A stretch of 62,585 nt of DNA from an uncultured Clostridia bacterium (GCA_964532805.1 CAZHKX010000001.1:1-62585); one strand, 5' to 3'. Positions 19,760 to 29,454 are shown, counted from the first letter of the stretch. A program made the numbers and translations. The notes: generated from the letters alone by a model not told the origin.

Positions 19760-20668
19760 TTGCAGGTTATTAGGCTTGACGTTTCGCGACTAGGCGCTTT
19801 TCTGGAATTCTGCGCCTCCAACAGGGACAAGGTTGACGGCTCCTTCCTTGCGGATGAGGACCTGTCCGGCTTCACGGCAGGCGATGCGGACCCGACATTC
19901 CTGCTTACAGGAAGCGGCGGATGCATAACCGGCGTCGCCTCCCTCATGCTCACCAGCAGGGCGATCGCCGCAAGGAGGGCGCGTTTCAGGATCCTATGGT
20001 GCATGGATGGGGACAAGCAGTGCTATGCCTCCCTGCTCAATGCCATGTCCGATGCTGTCAAAGGAATCAATTCGGCCTACCTCTTCGCGCCACTAGAGGA
20101 CGCTCACTTCAACGGTATACTGGACGAGCTCGGCTTCATCGTGGAAAGGAACGTGTACTCGCTAAAAAGGGGCACGGCCCTGCCGCGTGCCGAAGCTCAG
20201 CTTCCGAATGGGCTCACAATAAGGCCCTTTGTGAAGGGGCAGGACGAGGTCGAATGGTGTAATGTCCGGAATTCCGCCTTCGCTACAGTGAAGGGAAACG
20301 AGGCGCCCCAGTCCGCAGAAGAAGTCCTGCGCATGGCAAGCTCGCCGGACAGCATCGAGGGGGCCATGCTAATGATTGAGGAGGGCGGGCGCACAATCGC
20401 CGTAGCCAGAGGCTCAGCGGATGAGATGGACGGCAGGCCCTCGATGAACATAGGGCCTATTGCAGTGCTTCCGGAGAAGCAGGGCATGGGATTGGGACGG
20501 GCTCTTCTCAGAAGCCTTGTGATGATGGCCTATGATATGGGTCTAGATATGACTACGCTAAGCGTGAACGCGGACAATGAGGCGGCACTTAAGCTCTATA
20601 TTTCAGAGGGCTTCACCAAGATGCGATCCTTTGCCTGCAGGTCGGTGAGGCCCTCTGCCTTCCTATAG
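19760..20668 (+). CDS. GNAT family N-acetyltransferase (about 300 aa, possibly two GNAT-like halves)
   Basis: C-terminal acetyl-CoA motif IAVLPEKQGMGLGRALL...NEAALKLYISEGF. The tracked 5' end overlaps the formamidase, so TTG 19760 after its stop is proposed. Confidence 0.65.
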   Translation: MQVIRLDVSRLGAFLEFCASNRDKVDGSFLADEDLSGFTAGDADPTFLLTGSGGCITGVASLMLTSRAIAARRARFRILWCMDGDKQCYASLLNAMSDAVKGINSAYLFAPLEDAHFNGILDELGFIVERNVYSLKRGTALPRAEAQLPNGLTIRPFVKGQDEVEWCNVRNSAFATVKGNEAPQSAEEVLRMASSPDSIEGAMLMIEEGGRTIAVARGSADEMDGRPSMNIGPIAVLPEKQGMGLGRALLRSLVMMAYDMGLDMTTLSVNADNEAALKLYISEGFTKMRSFACRSVRPSAFL

Positions 20669-21250
20669 CCCTATCTTCGCTACGAAGCCCTTGCCGAAGA
20701 CTATAACTGAATCATAATCGGGGATGAGGGTGCTTTGTTCCCCTATCCTTCCGTCTTCGAGCTCGGAGAGGACTCTTAGGTCCCATGACAGCAATGCCAG
20801 TCTCCCCTTGCCTGCGATTACAAAACCGTAAGGGCCCAAAGATGCAGGCTTTGCGACCACCTCATACGGGAGCCTTACGCCCCCTTTGACCACCCCGTCC
20901 GAGATGCCGAGGGGATAGGCGGTCATCCTGTCCTCAGCGATCGCGAGCACGCCGCCCGCCGCGTCTCCGATCACGTACGCCGGGATGTCCATAGCAGCCT
21001 GCCATATGACAGAGTTGCCGCTTACGCCGTCCCACCTGCAGACCCTCCTGTAGTCCGCGGACACGATTATCGCATCCCTTGCTACCACAACCGCCTCGTG
21101 GAGGTTGAAGGGCCAAAGGTAGTTGCAGTCATATGATGTATCCCCATACTTGAGGCTGACTACTGTCAGGTAATCCAGGGCATCCATGTCGCTGTATATG
21201 CCGAACACCTGACCGAGGAAGAGGATATCGTCCCCGCCGAGATACTCCAT
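20663..21250 (-). CDS. Hypothetical protein, probable C-terminal part of an interrupted secreted beta-propeller-like protein
   Basis: No signal peptide and only a weak RBS. It is in the same reading frame as ORF 21281-21763, separated by one TGA plus 10 sense codons. Confidence 0.45.
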   Translation of the reverse strand: MEYLGGDDILFLGQVFGIYSDMDALDYLTVVSLKYGDTSYDCNYLWPFNLHEAVVVARDAIIVSADYRRVCRWDGVSGNSVIWQAAMDIPAYVIGDAAGGVLAIAEDRMTAYPLGISDGVVKGGVRLPYEVVAKPASLGPYGFVIAGKGRLALLSWDLRVLSELEDGRIGEQSTLIPDYDSVIVFGKGFVAKIGL

Positions 21251-21280
21251 GGACCTTACAGGCCCAAGTATTATCGGTAT

Positions 21281-21763
21281 TCAGGTGTCGCATCCTGTTG
21301 CCGGATCGTAAAGCCAGACGAACTTGCCCGCCTCATCCAGCAGTAGGCCGCCCAGGTCTGTGCCCACAAGCACCCTTCCGTCAGGAAGAGGCTCCAGGCA
21401 GCGTACCTTCTCTTCGCTCGAATAGGTCCATGAGAGCTTCCCCGATGGTGTCACCCGTAAGACCTCTTTCGCGAAGGCGACCCAGCATCCGCCCTTCGAG
21501 TCGGCCTCTAAGATACTTGCGTCACCATCAAGCCTGATGCTCCAGGCCTGAGCTCCTGAGGCGGTGAGCTTGTACAACTGGCTTCCGTCGGCGATGAGCA
21601 CGGATCCGTCGCCGCTGACGGCAGCTATGGGATTATCCAGGCCCTCCTTGACCCACAGCTGGTTAAGCCCCTTCTCCTCAGCCAATGCAGTCTGCGATGT
21701 GCCGAAAAGGGTCAGTATTGCGATAATGGCCAGCGTAAAACATAGATGCCTCAATCTGATCAC
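21281..21763 (-). CDS. Secreted hypothetical protein (PQQ/BamB-like repeat character), ending at an in-frame TGA
   Basis: Signal peptide LAIIAILTLFGTSQTALA. Repeated G-x-V/L...W strand motifs. Ends ...PATGCDT-TGA. Confidence 0.55.
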   Translation of the reverse strand: MIRLRHLCFTLAIIAILTLFGTSQTALAEEKGLNQLWVKEGLDNPIAAVSGDGSVLIADGSQLYKLTASGAQAWSIRLDGDASILEADSKGGCWVAFAKEVLRVTPSGKLSWTYSSEEKVRCLEPLPDGRVLVGTDLGGLLLDEAGKFVWLYDPATGCDT

Positions 21764-21786
21764 CGCTTTCCAAGTCGTCCTTTACA

Positions 21787-22434
21787 TCAAGGCAGGGGTA
21801 CGGTATCCCCCTCGTAATCGACTTTGATCTTCGTGTAGTAGATATCCACATCGGACGTGTCACGGGTGACGAAAGCCACATAGCAGGCCGCAGGGTCGAA
21901 GTAAAGAGCATCGAAGCTTGCCAGGAGAGCCCCGTTTACCGTTATCCGGTAGTGATCGCCGTTTCTTACCAGCTTGAATACATTATCTCCCGACCTAAGC
22001 CCGGGTATCGGGGCCAAAGTGTCGACATCCCTGTAGCCGATCCCTACCCCGTCCTCATGGATGAGCACTTCCTCATTGTCCTCGTCCCCGGCTTCCGAGA
22101 AGACGCATTCGATATAGTGCTCGGACTCTGAGCTATCATCATCCCCTATCCATATTCTGAAGTCGGCGTTGTCGATTTCGTTGATTTCCATGGTCATCCA
22201 TATCGTCAGCGTGAAGTCCGACGGAAATCCAAGGGGTGTCATTACGTAGTCCTCATAGACGGTAAGCCCGGATCCCTCGGGATCGTTAAGCGTCCAGGAT
22301 GTGTAGCCGCCCCAGTCTGCCATATCCGCATCCTCCGCCTCAGTGAAGTCCATCACCCAGGATGCCCTGCAGCCGGCAAGCATTGCCAGGACTGCAATAA
22401 TGCACAACACCGCAACCAAGCGCATGCCTCTCAT
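21787..22434 (-). CDS. Putative lipoprotein, acidic, jelly-roll-like
   Basis: Lipobox LAMLAGC after a hydrophobic N-terminus. I recognise no enzymatic motif. Confidence 0.6.
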   Translation of the reverse strand: MRGMRLVAVLCIIAVLAMLAGCRASWVMDFTEAEDADMADWGGYTSWTLNDPEGSGLTVYEDYVMTPLGFPSDFTLTIWMTMEINEIDNADFRIWIGDDDSSESEHYIECVFSEAGDEDNEEVLIHEDGVGIGYRDVDTLAPIPGLRSGDNVFKLVRNGDHYRITVNGALLASFDALYFDPAACYVAFVTRDTSDVDIYYTKIKVDYEGDTVPLP

Positions 22435-22551
22435 GCAATCACCTCCTGATTCTTCGGATTGAGCCCTAATTCAATAATCCTGCCCGGAATCCTTCATACC
22501 CTCGCTGCGCCCCCGAGAAAAGAAAGGCGGCGCCACCCGCGCCGCCTGCTG

Positions 22552-23280
22552 TCAGCTTATGAACATCACGTCGCATATCTCGAGAAATCCAAGCTTCCTC
22601 ACCAATGGCAGGGACATCGAATTGTCCTTCGAGATGTGCACTATGGGCAGCTCGCCTATCTGCCTCATCTTCCTTATCAGCGCAAGTGTCATGTCGTAAG
22701 CCATCCCCTGCCTCCTATATTCCGGAAGCACAGTCAGCATGCCCATGGCCATGTCGTCGTGGGTCATCGCCCACCCGGCAAGCGCACCTTCCCTAAAGAC
22801 GCCCACAGCAGGGCCCTCGGCGAGCCTTTCCCTTATGTATGCGATGTCGACCAGCTCAGCCCTAGCGTAGTTCATGTACACCGTCTCGGCGTGCTCAACG
22901 CCGATTTCGACGACATCGCCCGACGGCTCGCCTACCTGTACACCCTCAGGCAGGTACAGCATCGCTGCATGAAGGACGCTTTTGGGAGTTCTGTCGTCCA
23001 GTGCGGCTTTTATGCTCCAATCGAAGGCAGGCTCTATCGCAAGGTCCGTGATTCCTTCGAAGACCCGGCAGACTTCACGCGCTTCGCACTCATCCCTTGA
23101 GTACAGGGCTCCGAACCGCTCCTCACCGAAGCCGAAGACGGCGGCGCAGGATCCCCCGCACAGCGCCGCCCTCTTGACCTCATATTTCCCAAGGTACTTC
23201 AAGAACCCATAGTTCACTATGGGCTCCCTCTTCAGCAGCTCCTGCAGCATGCCGCGGGTTTTACCGCCTACTTCCTGCAT
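22552..23280 (-). CDS. GNAT family N-acetyltransferase
   Basis: [21 protein letters not shown]...[10 protein letters not shown] acetyl-CoA binding pattern. The opposite-strand ORF 22459-23100 is Arg/His/Pro-rich and judged a shadow. Confidence 0.7.
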   Translation of the reverse strand: MQEVGGKTRGMLQELLKREPIVNYGFLKYLGKYEVKRAALCGGSCAAVFGFGEERFGALYSRDECEAREVCRVFEGITDLAIEPAFDWSIKAALDDRTPKSVLHAAMLYLPEGVQVGEPSGDVVEIGVEHAETVYMNYARAELVDIAYIRERLAEGPAVGVFREGALAGWAMTHDDMAMGMLTVLPEYRRQGMAYDMTLALIRKMRQIGELPIVHISKDNSMSLPLVRKLGFLEICDVMFIS

Positions 23281-24134
23281 TCCTGTATGGCCTTTGCGGC
23301 CTTAAGAGTGTTGCTCATGAGCATGGTTATCGTCATAGGTCCAACGCCGCCCGGGACCGGTGTGATCCATCCTGCGACTTCGACCGCCTCGTCGAAGTCC
23401 ACGTCCCCGACGAGCTTCTTGGAGCCTTCGACCTTGTTAGTGCCGACATCTATGACTACCGCGCCCGGCTTTATCCAGTCGCCCTTTATAAGCTTGGCCT
23501 TGCCTACTGCCGCAACCAGCACATCGGCCCTGCGGCATGCCTCGGCGAGGTCCTTCGTCCTTGAGTGGCATATCGTGACCGTGGCGTGCTTCTCCAGAAG
23601 AAGCAGTGATACCGGCTTTCCTACGATGTTGCTCCTGCCGACTACTACTGCCTGCTTGCCGGTCAGATCCTGCCCGCTCCTTCTGATGAGCTCCATAATC
23701 CCCGCGGGAGTGCAGGACTTTAAGCAGGGCCTTCCTATCATCAGGTTGCCCACGCTGACGGGGTGGAACCCGTCGACATCTTTCATCGGGTCTATTGTGC
23801 TGATAACTGCGTCGGCGTCGATGTGCTTGGGCAGGGGAAGCTGCACTAGTATGCCGTCGATCTTCGGGTCGCAGTTGAGCTTGTTTACTAGCTCGACGAG
23901 CTCGCACTGCGTCGTAGTGTCCGGCAGGGAGTGCTCTTCGGAGTACATCCCCAGCTCTGCGCAGCCCTTCTTCTTGTTGTTGACATAAGTCCTGCTGGCA
24001 GGGTCTTCCCCTACGATTACTACCGCAAGCCCCGGCACTCTTCCGTAGGTTTCCGCGAAGCTTGACACCTCGCACTTAAGGCCTTCCCTGATTTCAGCGG
24101 CAACTGCCTTTCCGTCGATTATGGTAGCTGACAT
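23268..24134 (-). CDS. folD: Bifunctional methylene-THF dehydrogenase / methenyl-THF cyclohydrolase
   Basis: [11 protein letters not shown] start, [22 protein letters not shown] and [11 protein letters not shown] motifs. GGGAGG RBS before ATG 24134. Confidence 0.93.
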   Translation of the reverse strand: MSATIIDGKAVAAEIREGLKCEVSSFAETYGRVPGLAVVIVGEDPASRTYVNNKKKGCAELGMYSEEHSLPDTTTQCELVELVNKLNCDPKIDGILVQLPLPKHIDADAVISTIDPMKDVDGFHPVSVGNLMIGRPCLKSCTPAGIMELIRRSGQDLTGKQAVVVGRSNIVGKPVSLLLLEKHATVTICHSRTKDLAEACRRADVLVAAVGKAKLIKGDWIKPGAVVIDVGTNKVEGSKKLVGDVDFDEAVEVAGWITPVPGGVGPMTITMLMSNTLKAAKAIQECRK

Positions 24135-24138
24135 CCCT

Positions 24139-25569
24139 TTACCTCCCTTTGCCAGTGATCTCCCCGGCAAGCTGCTTGAACCGCCTGCCGCGCTCCTCGA
24201 AGTTGTTGAACATGTCGTAGCTTGCGCAAGCAGGCGACATAAGCACTACGTCCCCTGCTTCAGCCGCCCTTGATGCCGCCAGCACGGCTTCGTCGAAAGC
24301 CGCCGCCCTTTCCATCCGCGGAAGCGGCCTTCCTGTCCTTGCCGCGGCTAAGGCGAAAGCCTCCTCGATCTTTGCGGCGGTGACCCCCAGCGTGACCAGG
24401 TGTTTCACCCTGCCCAAGGCAAGCTCGGCCATCCCGTCGAACGGAAGATGCTTGTCATATCCGCCCGCGATGAGCACTATGGGCCTTTCAAAGGCCTTCA
24501 GGGCAGCTATGGTCCTTGCCGGGCTGGTGGCTATGGAATCGTTCACGTATAGAATTCCGTCCTTCTCGCCCGCAAGCTCCAGCCTATGCTCGACGCCGGT
24601 GAAGCCGAGCACCGCCGAGCGCATGTCGGAGCCTTCGGCGCCGGCTGCGGCAGATATCGCCATCGCTGCCAGGACGTTCAGGATGTTATGCATCCCGGGT
24701 ATCCTTACGTCCTTCACTGACATGACGGCCTCATCCGCGCGCCCGGGCATCCTGAGCACCAGGTCCTCTCCCCTCATGAAAGCCCCGGCGCTTACCTCTT
24801 CCTCTGCTGAGAACCACAGTATGCGGCCTTTGCAGGCGGAGGCCAGAGACGCGGCGGCCGGATCATCTGCACCCAGAACCGCAGTCGAATCCTTCCCCTG
24901 GAAGGCCAGTATGTTCGCCTTTGATGAGATGTAGTCCTCCATGCTCGGGTGCACGTCAAGATGGTTGGGCGTGATGTTGAGCACAGCGGAGATGTCGGGG
25001 CTGGTTCTTATGAACTTCAGCTGGAAGCTGGACATCTCCAGCACCGCGAAATCCTGCGGGCCGCCTTGGAGTATCTCCTCGACCAGCGGCCTTCCTATGT
25101 TTCCTCCGACCATGACGGTCCCCCTGCCGCGGCGCCTTGATGCCTCCTCAAGCATGAGGCCCACCAGGGTAGTCGTCGTGGTCTTCCCGGAGCTTCCCGT
25201 TATGCCGATCACCGGGCATTCAGCCAGCTCAATCGTCAGCTCTATCTCGTAGCCGAACTTGACCCCTGCCGACTTCGCGGCGAGGAAATCCTGCCTGTCG
25301 GGGTTTATGCCCGGTGACGGGAAGAAGTAATCGAAGCAGCTGATACCCTCGAAAGCATCCGTCCCCGCCCGAAGCTCGTATACCGAGCCTCTCAGCTGGT
25401 CCAGCTGAACTGCCAGCTCAGATTGGCTCTTCTTATCGAAGACGGTGACTCTGGCTCCGGAGCCGGAGAGCAGCCTCACCAAGGGCACGCTTGTGCGGCC
25501 GAGGCCCGCGACTGCGACCCTCTTGCCCTCGAAAGCCCTAAGTATCCTTCTTTGCCTTTCAGTAGCCAT
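24139..25569 (-). CDS. murD: UDP-N-acetylmuramoyl-L-alanine--D-glutamate ligase
   Basis: N-terminal Rossmann-like [11 protein letters not shown]-loop [12 protein letters not shown], Mur ligase middle and C-terminal domains, C-terminal [17 protein letters not shown]. Confidence 0.85.
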   Translation of the reverse strand: MATERQRRILRAFEGKRVAVAGLGRTSVPLVRLLSGSGARVTVFDKKSQSELAVQLDQLRGSVYELRAGTDAFEGISCFDYFFPSPGINPDRQDFLAAKSAGVKFGYEIELTIELAECPVIGITGSSGKTTTTTLVGLMLEEASRRRGRGTVMVGGNIGRPLVEEILQGGPQDFAVLEMSSFQLKFIRTSPDISAVLNITPNHLDVHPSMEDYISSKANILAFQGKDSTAVLGADDPAAASLASACKGRILWFSAEEEVSAGAFMRGEDLVLRMPGRADEAVMSVKDVRIPGMHNILNVLAAMAISAAAGAEGSDMRSAVLGFTGVEHRLELAGEKDGILYVNDSIATSPARTIAALKAFERPIVLIAGGYDKHLPFDGMAELALGRVKHLVTLGVTAAKIEEAFALAAARTGRPLPRMERAAAFDEAVLAASRAAEAGDVVLMSPACASYDMFNNFEERGRRFKQLAGEITGKGR

Positions 25570-25595
25570 ATGATCCTCCGACAGCTCCCCTGCTT

Positions 25596-26738
25596 CTATA
25601 GCCCTTTGCCGGCGGCGAACAGCCTGACTGCGTTCTCTGCCGCATCAGCGAGGAGCGCCTCCGCATCCTTAAGGGAAGACTCCAGCGTCATCGGCCCGTT
25701 TGGTATCGCAAACAGAGCCTCGACACCCAGCTCGTACAGGTCCCTCGCCCCTGCGGCTATGCTGCCGCTGATAAGTATAACAGGAATCCTGTGCACCTTG
25801 GCCGCCTTGGCGACGCCCATGGGCGTTTTTCCGAACTTGGTCTGGAAGTCCGTCCTGCCTTCCCCGCTTATTACGAGGTCCGCGCCTTTGCATTTCGCAG
25901 TAAGCCCTGTCGCCTCGACGACTATTTCCACGCCCCTGCGCAAGCTCGCATTGCAGAAGGTCATAAGGCCGGCCCCGAGCCCTCCTGCGGCACCTGCGCC
26001 AGGCGCTTCGGATACATCCTTGCCGAGTTGCCTTTTCACAACCAGGGCATAATTGGCGAGCGCTGCGTCCAGGTACTCCACATCGGCAGGCGTCGCGCCC
26101 TTCTGGGGCCCATAGACTGCGGATGCCCCCCTCGGCCCCGTAAGCGGGTTGTCGACATCGCAGGCCACTATGAACTCCACTCCGGCGAGCCTTTCATCAA
26201 GCCCGCTTACATCTATTGAGGCCAAGTCGTGAAGGGCTGCGCCGCCCGGCTCACCCAGGGCATTGCCGTCGGATCCAATGAACTTCACGCCGAGGGCCTC
26301 AGCCATGCCCCTGCCCCCGTCATTGGTGGCGGAGCCCCCGATGCCCATGATCACCCTTCTGGCTCCCATCGCTATGGCCTCGAGTATCAGCTCGCCCGTG
26401 CCTATGGTGCTCGTGAGCCTGGGGTTCCTCTCGCCCTGCCTTAGAAGCGGCAGGCCTGAGGCCGCAGCCATCTCGATGACCGCGGTGCTGCCGTCTCCCA
26501 TCATGCCGAAGAACGACTTCACCCTCCTGCCCAGCGGGTCATGGACGGTCTTCTCTATAACCTTCCCGCCCGAGACGTCTACAAGCGACTGCACGGTACC
26601 CTCCCCGCCGTCTGCCATGGGGACTTTGACCACCTCTGCCTCAGGAAACCTCCTTCTTATGCCCTTCTCCAGTGCATCGCAAACCTCGACCGCCGTAAGG
26701 CAGCCCTTGAAAGAGTCGGGGGCAAGCACGATCTTCAT
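25596..26738 (-). CDS. glxK: Glycerate kinase
   Basis: MKIVLAPDSFKG...ADGGEGT N-terminus and C-terminal GEGRTDFQT motif typical of the GlxK/GarK family. Confidence 0.9.
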   Translation of the reverse strand: MKIVLAPDSFKGCLTAVEVCDALEKGIRRRFPEAEVVKVPMADGGEGTVQSLVDVSGGKVIEKTVHDPLGRRVKSFFGMMGDGSTAVIEMAAASGLPLLRQGERNPRLTSTIGTGELILEAIAMGARRVIMGIGGSATNDGGRGMAEALGVKFIGSDGNALGEPGGAALHDLASIDVSGLDERLAGVEFIVACDVDNPLTGPRGASAVYGPQKGATPADVEYLDAALANYALVVKRQLGKDVSEAPGAGAAGGLGAGLMTFCNASLRRGVEIVVEATGLTAKCKGADLVISGEGRTDFQTKFGKTPMGVAKAAKVHRIPVILISGSIAAGARDLYELGVEALFAIPNGPMTLESSLKDAEALLADAAENAVRLFAAGKGL

Positions 26739-28036
26739 TGCGGCAATCCTCCTTCGTCTGCTTTTATGTACATCCAGGCGAGCATAAGAAGCTTCTGCCT
26801 GTCATTGAGCTCCGGCGAATCCAGCACGTCGAGGTAAATCCTGTTCATGACGGCCTTGACCTTGGGCCCCTTCTCCCCGTTGAGAAGGCTCACGACATCC
26901 GAGCCTCTTATCTTAAGCTCCTCCAGTGCGAGCGGGGGCTTTGCGGCAAGCACGGCCTCCACCCGGGCCGTCTCTGCCATCCAGTCGGAGCCGGGGCGGA
27001 ATATGCTGTCGTACCAGCTTCTTAGGGCGAGCCCCTCATGGGCGGATTCCCTTCCCAGAAGGGCGGCCCACCTTCTTACGGACGGGCCGTCCGATAACCT
27101 GTACCCTTCATAAAGGCCCTCTGCCAGCCTCACCGCATGGAGCCTCGCCGCCTTAGGCAGCTTCAGCGCATCTAACCTCCTGGCCAAAGCCGATTGGACC
27201 CTCTGCGGCCCGGCGGGCTCAGATGAGGCGATGAAAGCCGCAAGCCTTATCAGAGCATCTTCGGGAAGGCCCCCGATGTTCTCCGCCGCGGTAAGCATGA
27301 GGCCCTTATCGAGCCCCGGGAAGATGGCCGAAGCAAGGCCCAGCTCCACCATCATCGCCAGCGCCTTGCAGGCGCATGGCCCCCTTAAGATCCTTCCCAG
27401 CTCCATTGCCTTGCGCTCGCCCGAGATGAGCGCGATGCCACCGCTTTCGGATCTTATGGCGCCTTTCACGCTTTCATCTATCTCGAAGCAGAGCGAAGAG
27501 CAGAACCTTAGCGCCCTTAGCATCCTCAATGCATCCTCGGAGAACCTCTCCCTGGCATCCCCTACCGCCCTTATCAGGCCAGCATCTATATCACTTCTTC
27601 CGCCGAAGGGGTCGATGAGCCTATCCTCGAAGGGGTCCCACGCCATCGCGTTCATGGTGAAGTCGCGGCGCGAGAGGTCCTGTTCCACGTCCTCGACGTA
27701 GCCGACGCTGTCGGGCCTCCGCAGGTCGCTGTAGGCGCCCTCTGTCCTGAAGGTGGTGATATCCACCGTCCCCCCGTCGAATATGGCCATCACGGAGCCG
27801 TGCCTTTCGCCCAGCGGGGCATTATGGGGGAACAGTTGCTTGACCCTCTCCGGACGGGCGGATGTGGCGATGTCCCAGTCGTCGGTGGAGCCCTTCAAGA
27901 TGAGATCCCTTATGGCGCCTCCTACTATGTAAGCCTTGTTTCCGTCGCCTCTCAGGCGAAGCAGGGCCTCCCTGACACGCTCCGGCAGCTCAGAGGGTTT
28001 TAACAGCTCATCTTGCGAAATATCCTGGACTTGCAT
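26735..28036 (-). CDS. cca: CCA-adding tRNA nucleotidyltransferase / poly(A) polymerase family
   Basis: AYIVGGAIRDLIL...DWDIAT head-domain motifs and RRDFTMNAMA. Confidence 0.8.
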   Translation of the reverse strand: MQVQDISQDELLKPSELPERVREALLRLRGDGNKAYIVGGAIRDLILKGSTDDWDIATSARPERVKQLFPHNAPLGERHGSVMAIFDGGTVDITTFRTEGAYSDLRRPDSVGYVEDVEQDLSRRDFTMNAMAWDPFEDRLIDPFGGRSDIDAGLIRAVGDARERFSEDALRMLRALRFCSSLCFEIDESVKGAIRSESGGIALISGERKAMELGRILRGPCACKALAMMVELGLASAIFPGLDKGLMLTAAENIGGLPEDALIRLAAFIASSEPAGPQRVQSALARRLDALKLPKAARLHAVRLAEGLYEGYRLSDGPSVRRWAALLGRESAHEGLALRSWYDSIFRPGSDWMAETARVEAVLAAKPPLALEELKIRGSDVVSLLNGEKGPKVKAVMNRIYLDVLDSPELNDRQKLLMLAWMYIKADEGGLPQ

Positions 28037-28095
28037 CGCTTACCCCCCTCCTCGCCTGTTTCTCGCCTTTGCCGATACGCACTATAATGATTACG

Positions 28096-28121
28096 GGAAC
28101 AACTCCCGCTTCCCTGTCGTT
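28096..28121 (+). promoter_or_regulatory. Candidate ECF-type (autoregulated) promoter
   Basis: GGAAC (28096-28100), a 17-nt spacer, then CGTT (28118-28121), about 65 nt upstream of the sigma-factor ATG. This matches the generic GGAAC-N16/17-CGT ECF pattern. Confidence 0.45.
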
Positions 28122-28187
28122 ATTCTGAACTGAACGACATTTCTAGTCAATTTTGGGCCCATATGCCCAAGCAATGGAGGAAGCCGA

Positions 28188-28790
28188 ATGCTCAATATTC
28201 TTGCCGAGCGGACTTTGGCCACAGCCGCCGGCGGGATGTCGCGGGCCGAGGAATTCGAGCAGCTCATGCGCAAGCATCAGGGCTCGGTATATAACGCAGC
28301 GCTGAGGATGACGGGAAACCCCGAGGACGCAAAGGACCTCGCACAGGACGCCTTCGTAAGGGCATACCGCTCCTTTGACAGCTACAAGAAGGATACGGCC
28401 TTCGACAAATGGCTGTACAGGATAGTCACGAACCTTTTCATAGATGAGGTAAGGAAGAGGAAGAGGCGCCCGGAGACCGAATCGTACGACGCTCCGGTCA
28501 GGACCGAGGAGGGCAGCATGCAAAGGGAGCTGCCCGACCACGGCGCGGACCCCTTCCTAGTCCTCGACAAGAATGCGATGGACAGCAGGGTATCGGCGGC
28601 GCTGCAGGCGCTTCAGCCGGAGTTCAGGATGGTCGTGATCCTTTGCGACATCGAGGGCTTCTCCTACGAGGAGATTGCCGGGATCATGAATACGTCCATC
28701 GGCACGGTCAGAAGCAGGCTCCACAGGGCGAGGAAAGCCCTGAGGGAGGCGCTGGCGCCCCACTTCGACGCCCAAAGGAGGATCAATTAG
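28188..28790 (+). CDS. ECF-type RNA polymerase sigma-70 factor
   Basis: Region 2 (DAFVRAYRSF, WLYRIVTNLFIDEVRK) and region 4 (FSYEEIAGIMNTSIGTVRSRLHRAR). GGAGGAA RBS 5 nt before ATG 28188. Confidence 0.9.
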   Translation: MLNILAERTLATAAGGMSRAEEFEQLMRKHQGSVYNAALRMTGNPEDAKDLAQDAFVRAYRSFDSYKKDTAFDKWLYRIVTNLFIDEVRKRKRRPETESYDAPVRTEEGSMQRELPDHGADPFLVLDKNAMDSRVSAALQALQPEFRMVVILCDIEGFSYEEIAGIMNTSIGTVRSRLHRARKALREALAPHFDAQRRIN

Positions 28791-29432
28791 ATGACTTGCA
28801 GCAAGTATGAGAGGCTGCTTTCCGCCTTCCTCGACAGGGAGCTGACAAGCGAGGAGACCGCCATGGTCAAAAGGCATATCATCGAGTGCGCCAGCTGCGC
28901 AAGGCTGCTCGATGAGTTCGAGAGGATCAAGGAGGCGCTGGAGCAGCTGGAACCCGCGGAGGAGCCGGAGGGCGCGTTCGACATGGGCATAATCCGCACC
29001 AGGGCCCTTCAGCTGGAGATGGAGGAGGAAGGTTCAGCGGCCGGCACGAGGCGCTATGGGCTGTTCTCCTTTTTGGGAAGGGCGCTTCTTCCCGCGGCCC
29101 TTGTAGGCACGCTTATCGCCATCCCCATCCTTCAGTTCGCGTTCAATGTCAACATCACGGGCGCGATTGCAGGGCTAGTCACAAGGCAGCCCCTGGAGGA
29201 CCAGCTTGATGAGACGGCGGAGGTCATCCTCCCTGACCTTAACCCTAACGGGATAGGCAGCATAGGCGCACCTGTAGTCAGCAGCGCATCCTACGGCACG
29301 CTAACCCTGGGCTCAGTCCAGGACCAGTCAGACCTGATCCTTACGATTGACGACCCCAGGCTTTCAAGGTATGTCCAGACTTTCGAGACCACGGGCTCAT
29401 ACAGCCCGGCTTCGTACAGAAGCAACTGGTGA
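28791..29432 (+). CDS. Anti-sigma factor, zf-HC2 type, single-pass membrane
   Basis: H-x3-C-x2-C motif (HIIECASC) at the N-terminus and one TM (ALLPAALVGTLIAIPIL). Its ATG immediately follows the sigma stop. Confidence 0.75.
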   Translation: MTCSKYERLLSAFLDRELTSEETAMVKRHIIECASCARLLDEFERIKEALEQLEPAEEPEGAFDMGIIRTRALQLEMEEEGSAAGTRRYGLFSFLGRALLPAALVGTLIAIPILQFAFNVNITGAIAGLVTRQPLEDQLDETAEVILPDLNPNGIGSIGAPVVSSASYGTLTLGSVQDQSDLILTIDDPRLSRYVQTFETTGSYSPASYRSNW

Positions 29433-29454
29433 ATAAGAAAACGGGAGTGATAGA

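Noticed and set aside
21200-21283. Confident call of a selenocysteine insertion (SECIS) element after the in-frame TGA.
   Set aside because: Only a 5-bp GGGCC/GGTCC hairpin with a G-T pair is visible, far weaker than characterised bacterial SECIS stems. The idea is retained only as a low-prior hypothesis in the findings.
22459-23100. 213-aa plus-strand ORF opposite the GNAT gene.
   Set aside because: The His/Arg/Pro-rich product has no motif, whereas the minus-strand frame has a clear GNAT acetyl-CoA motif and is translationally coupled to folD.
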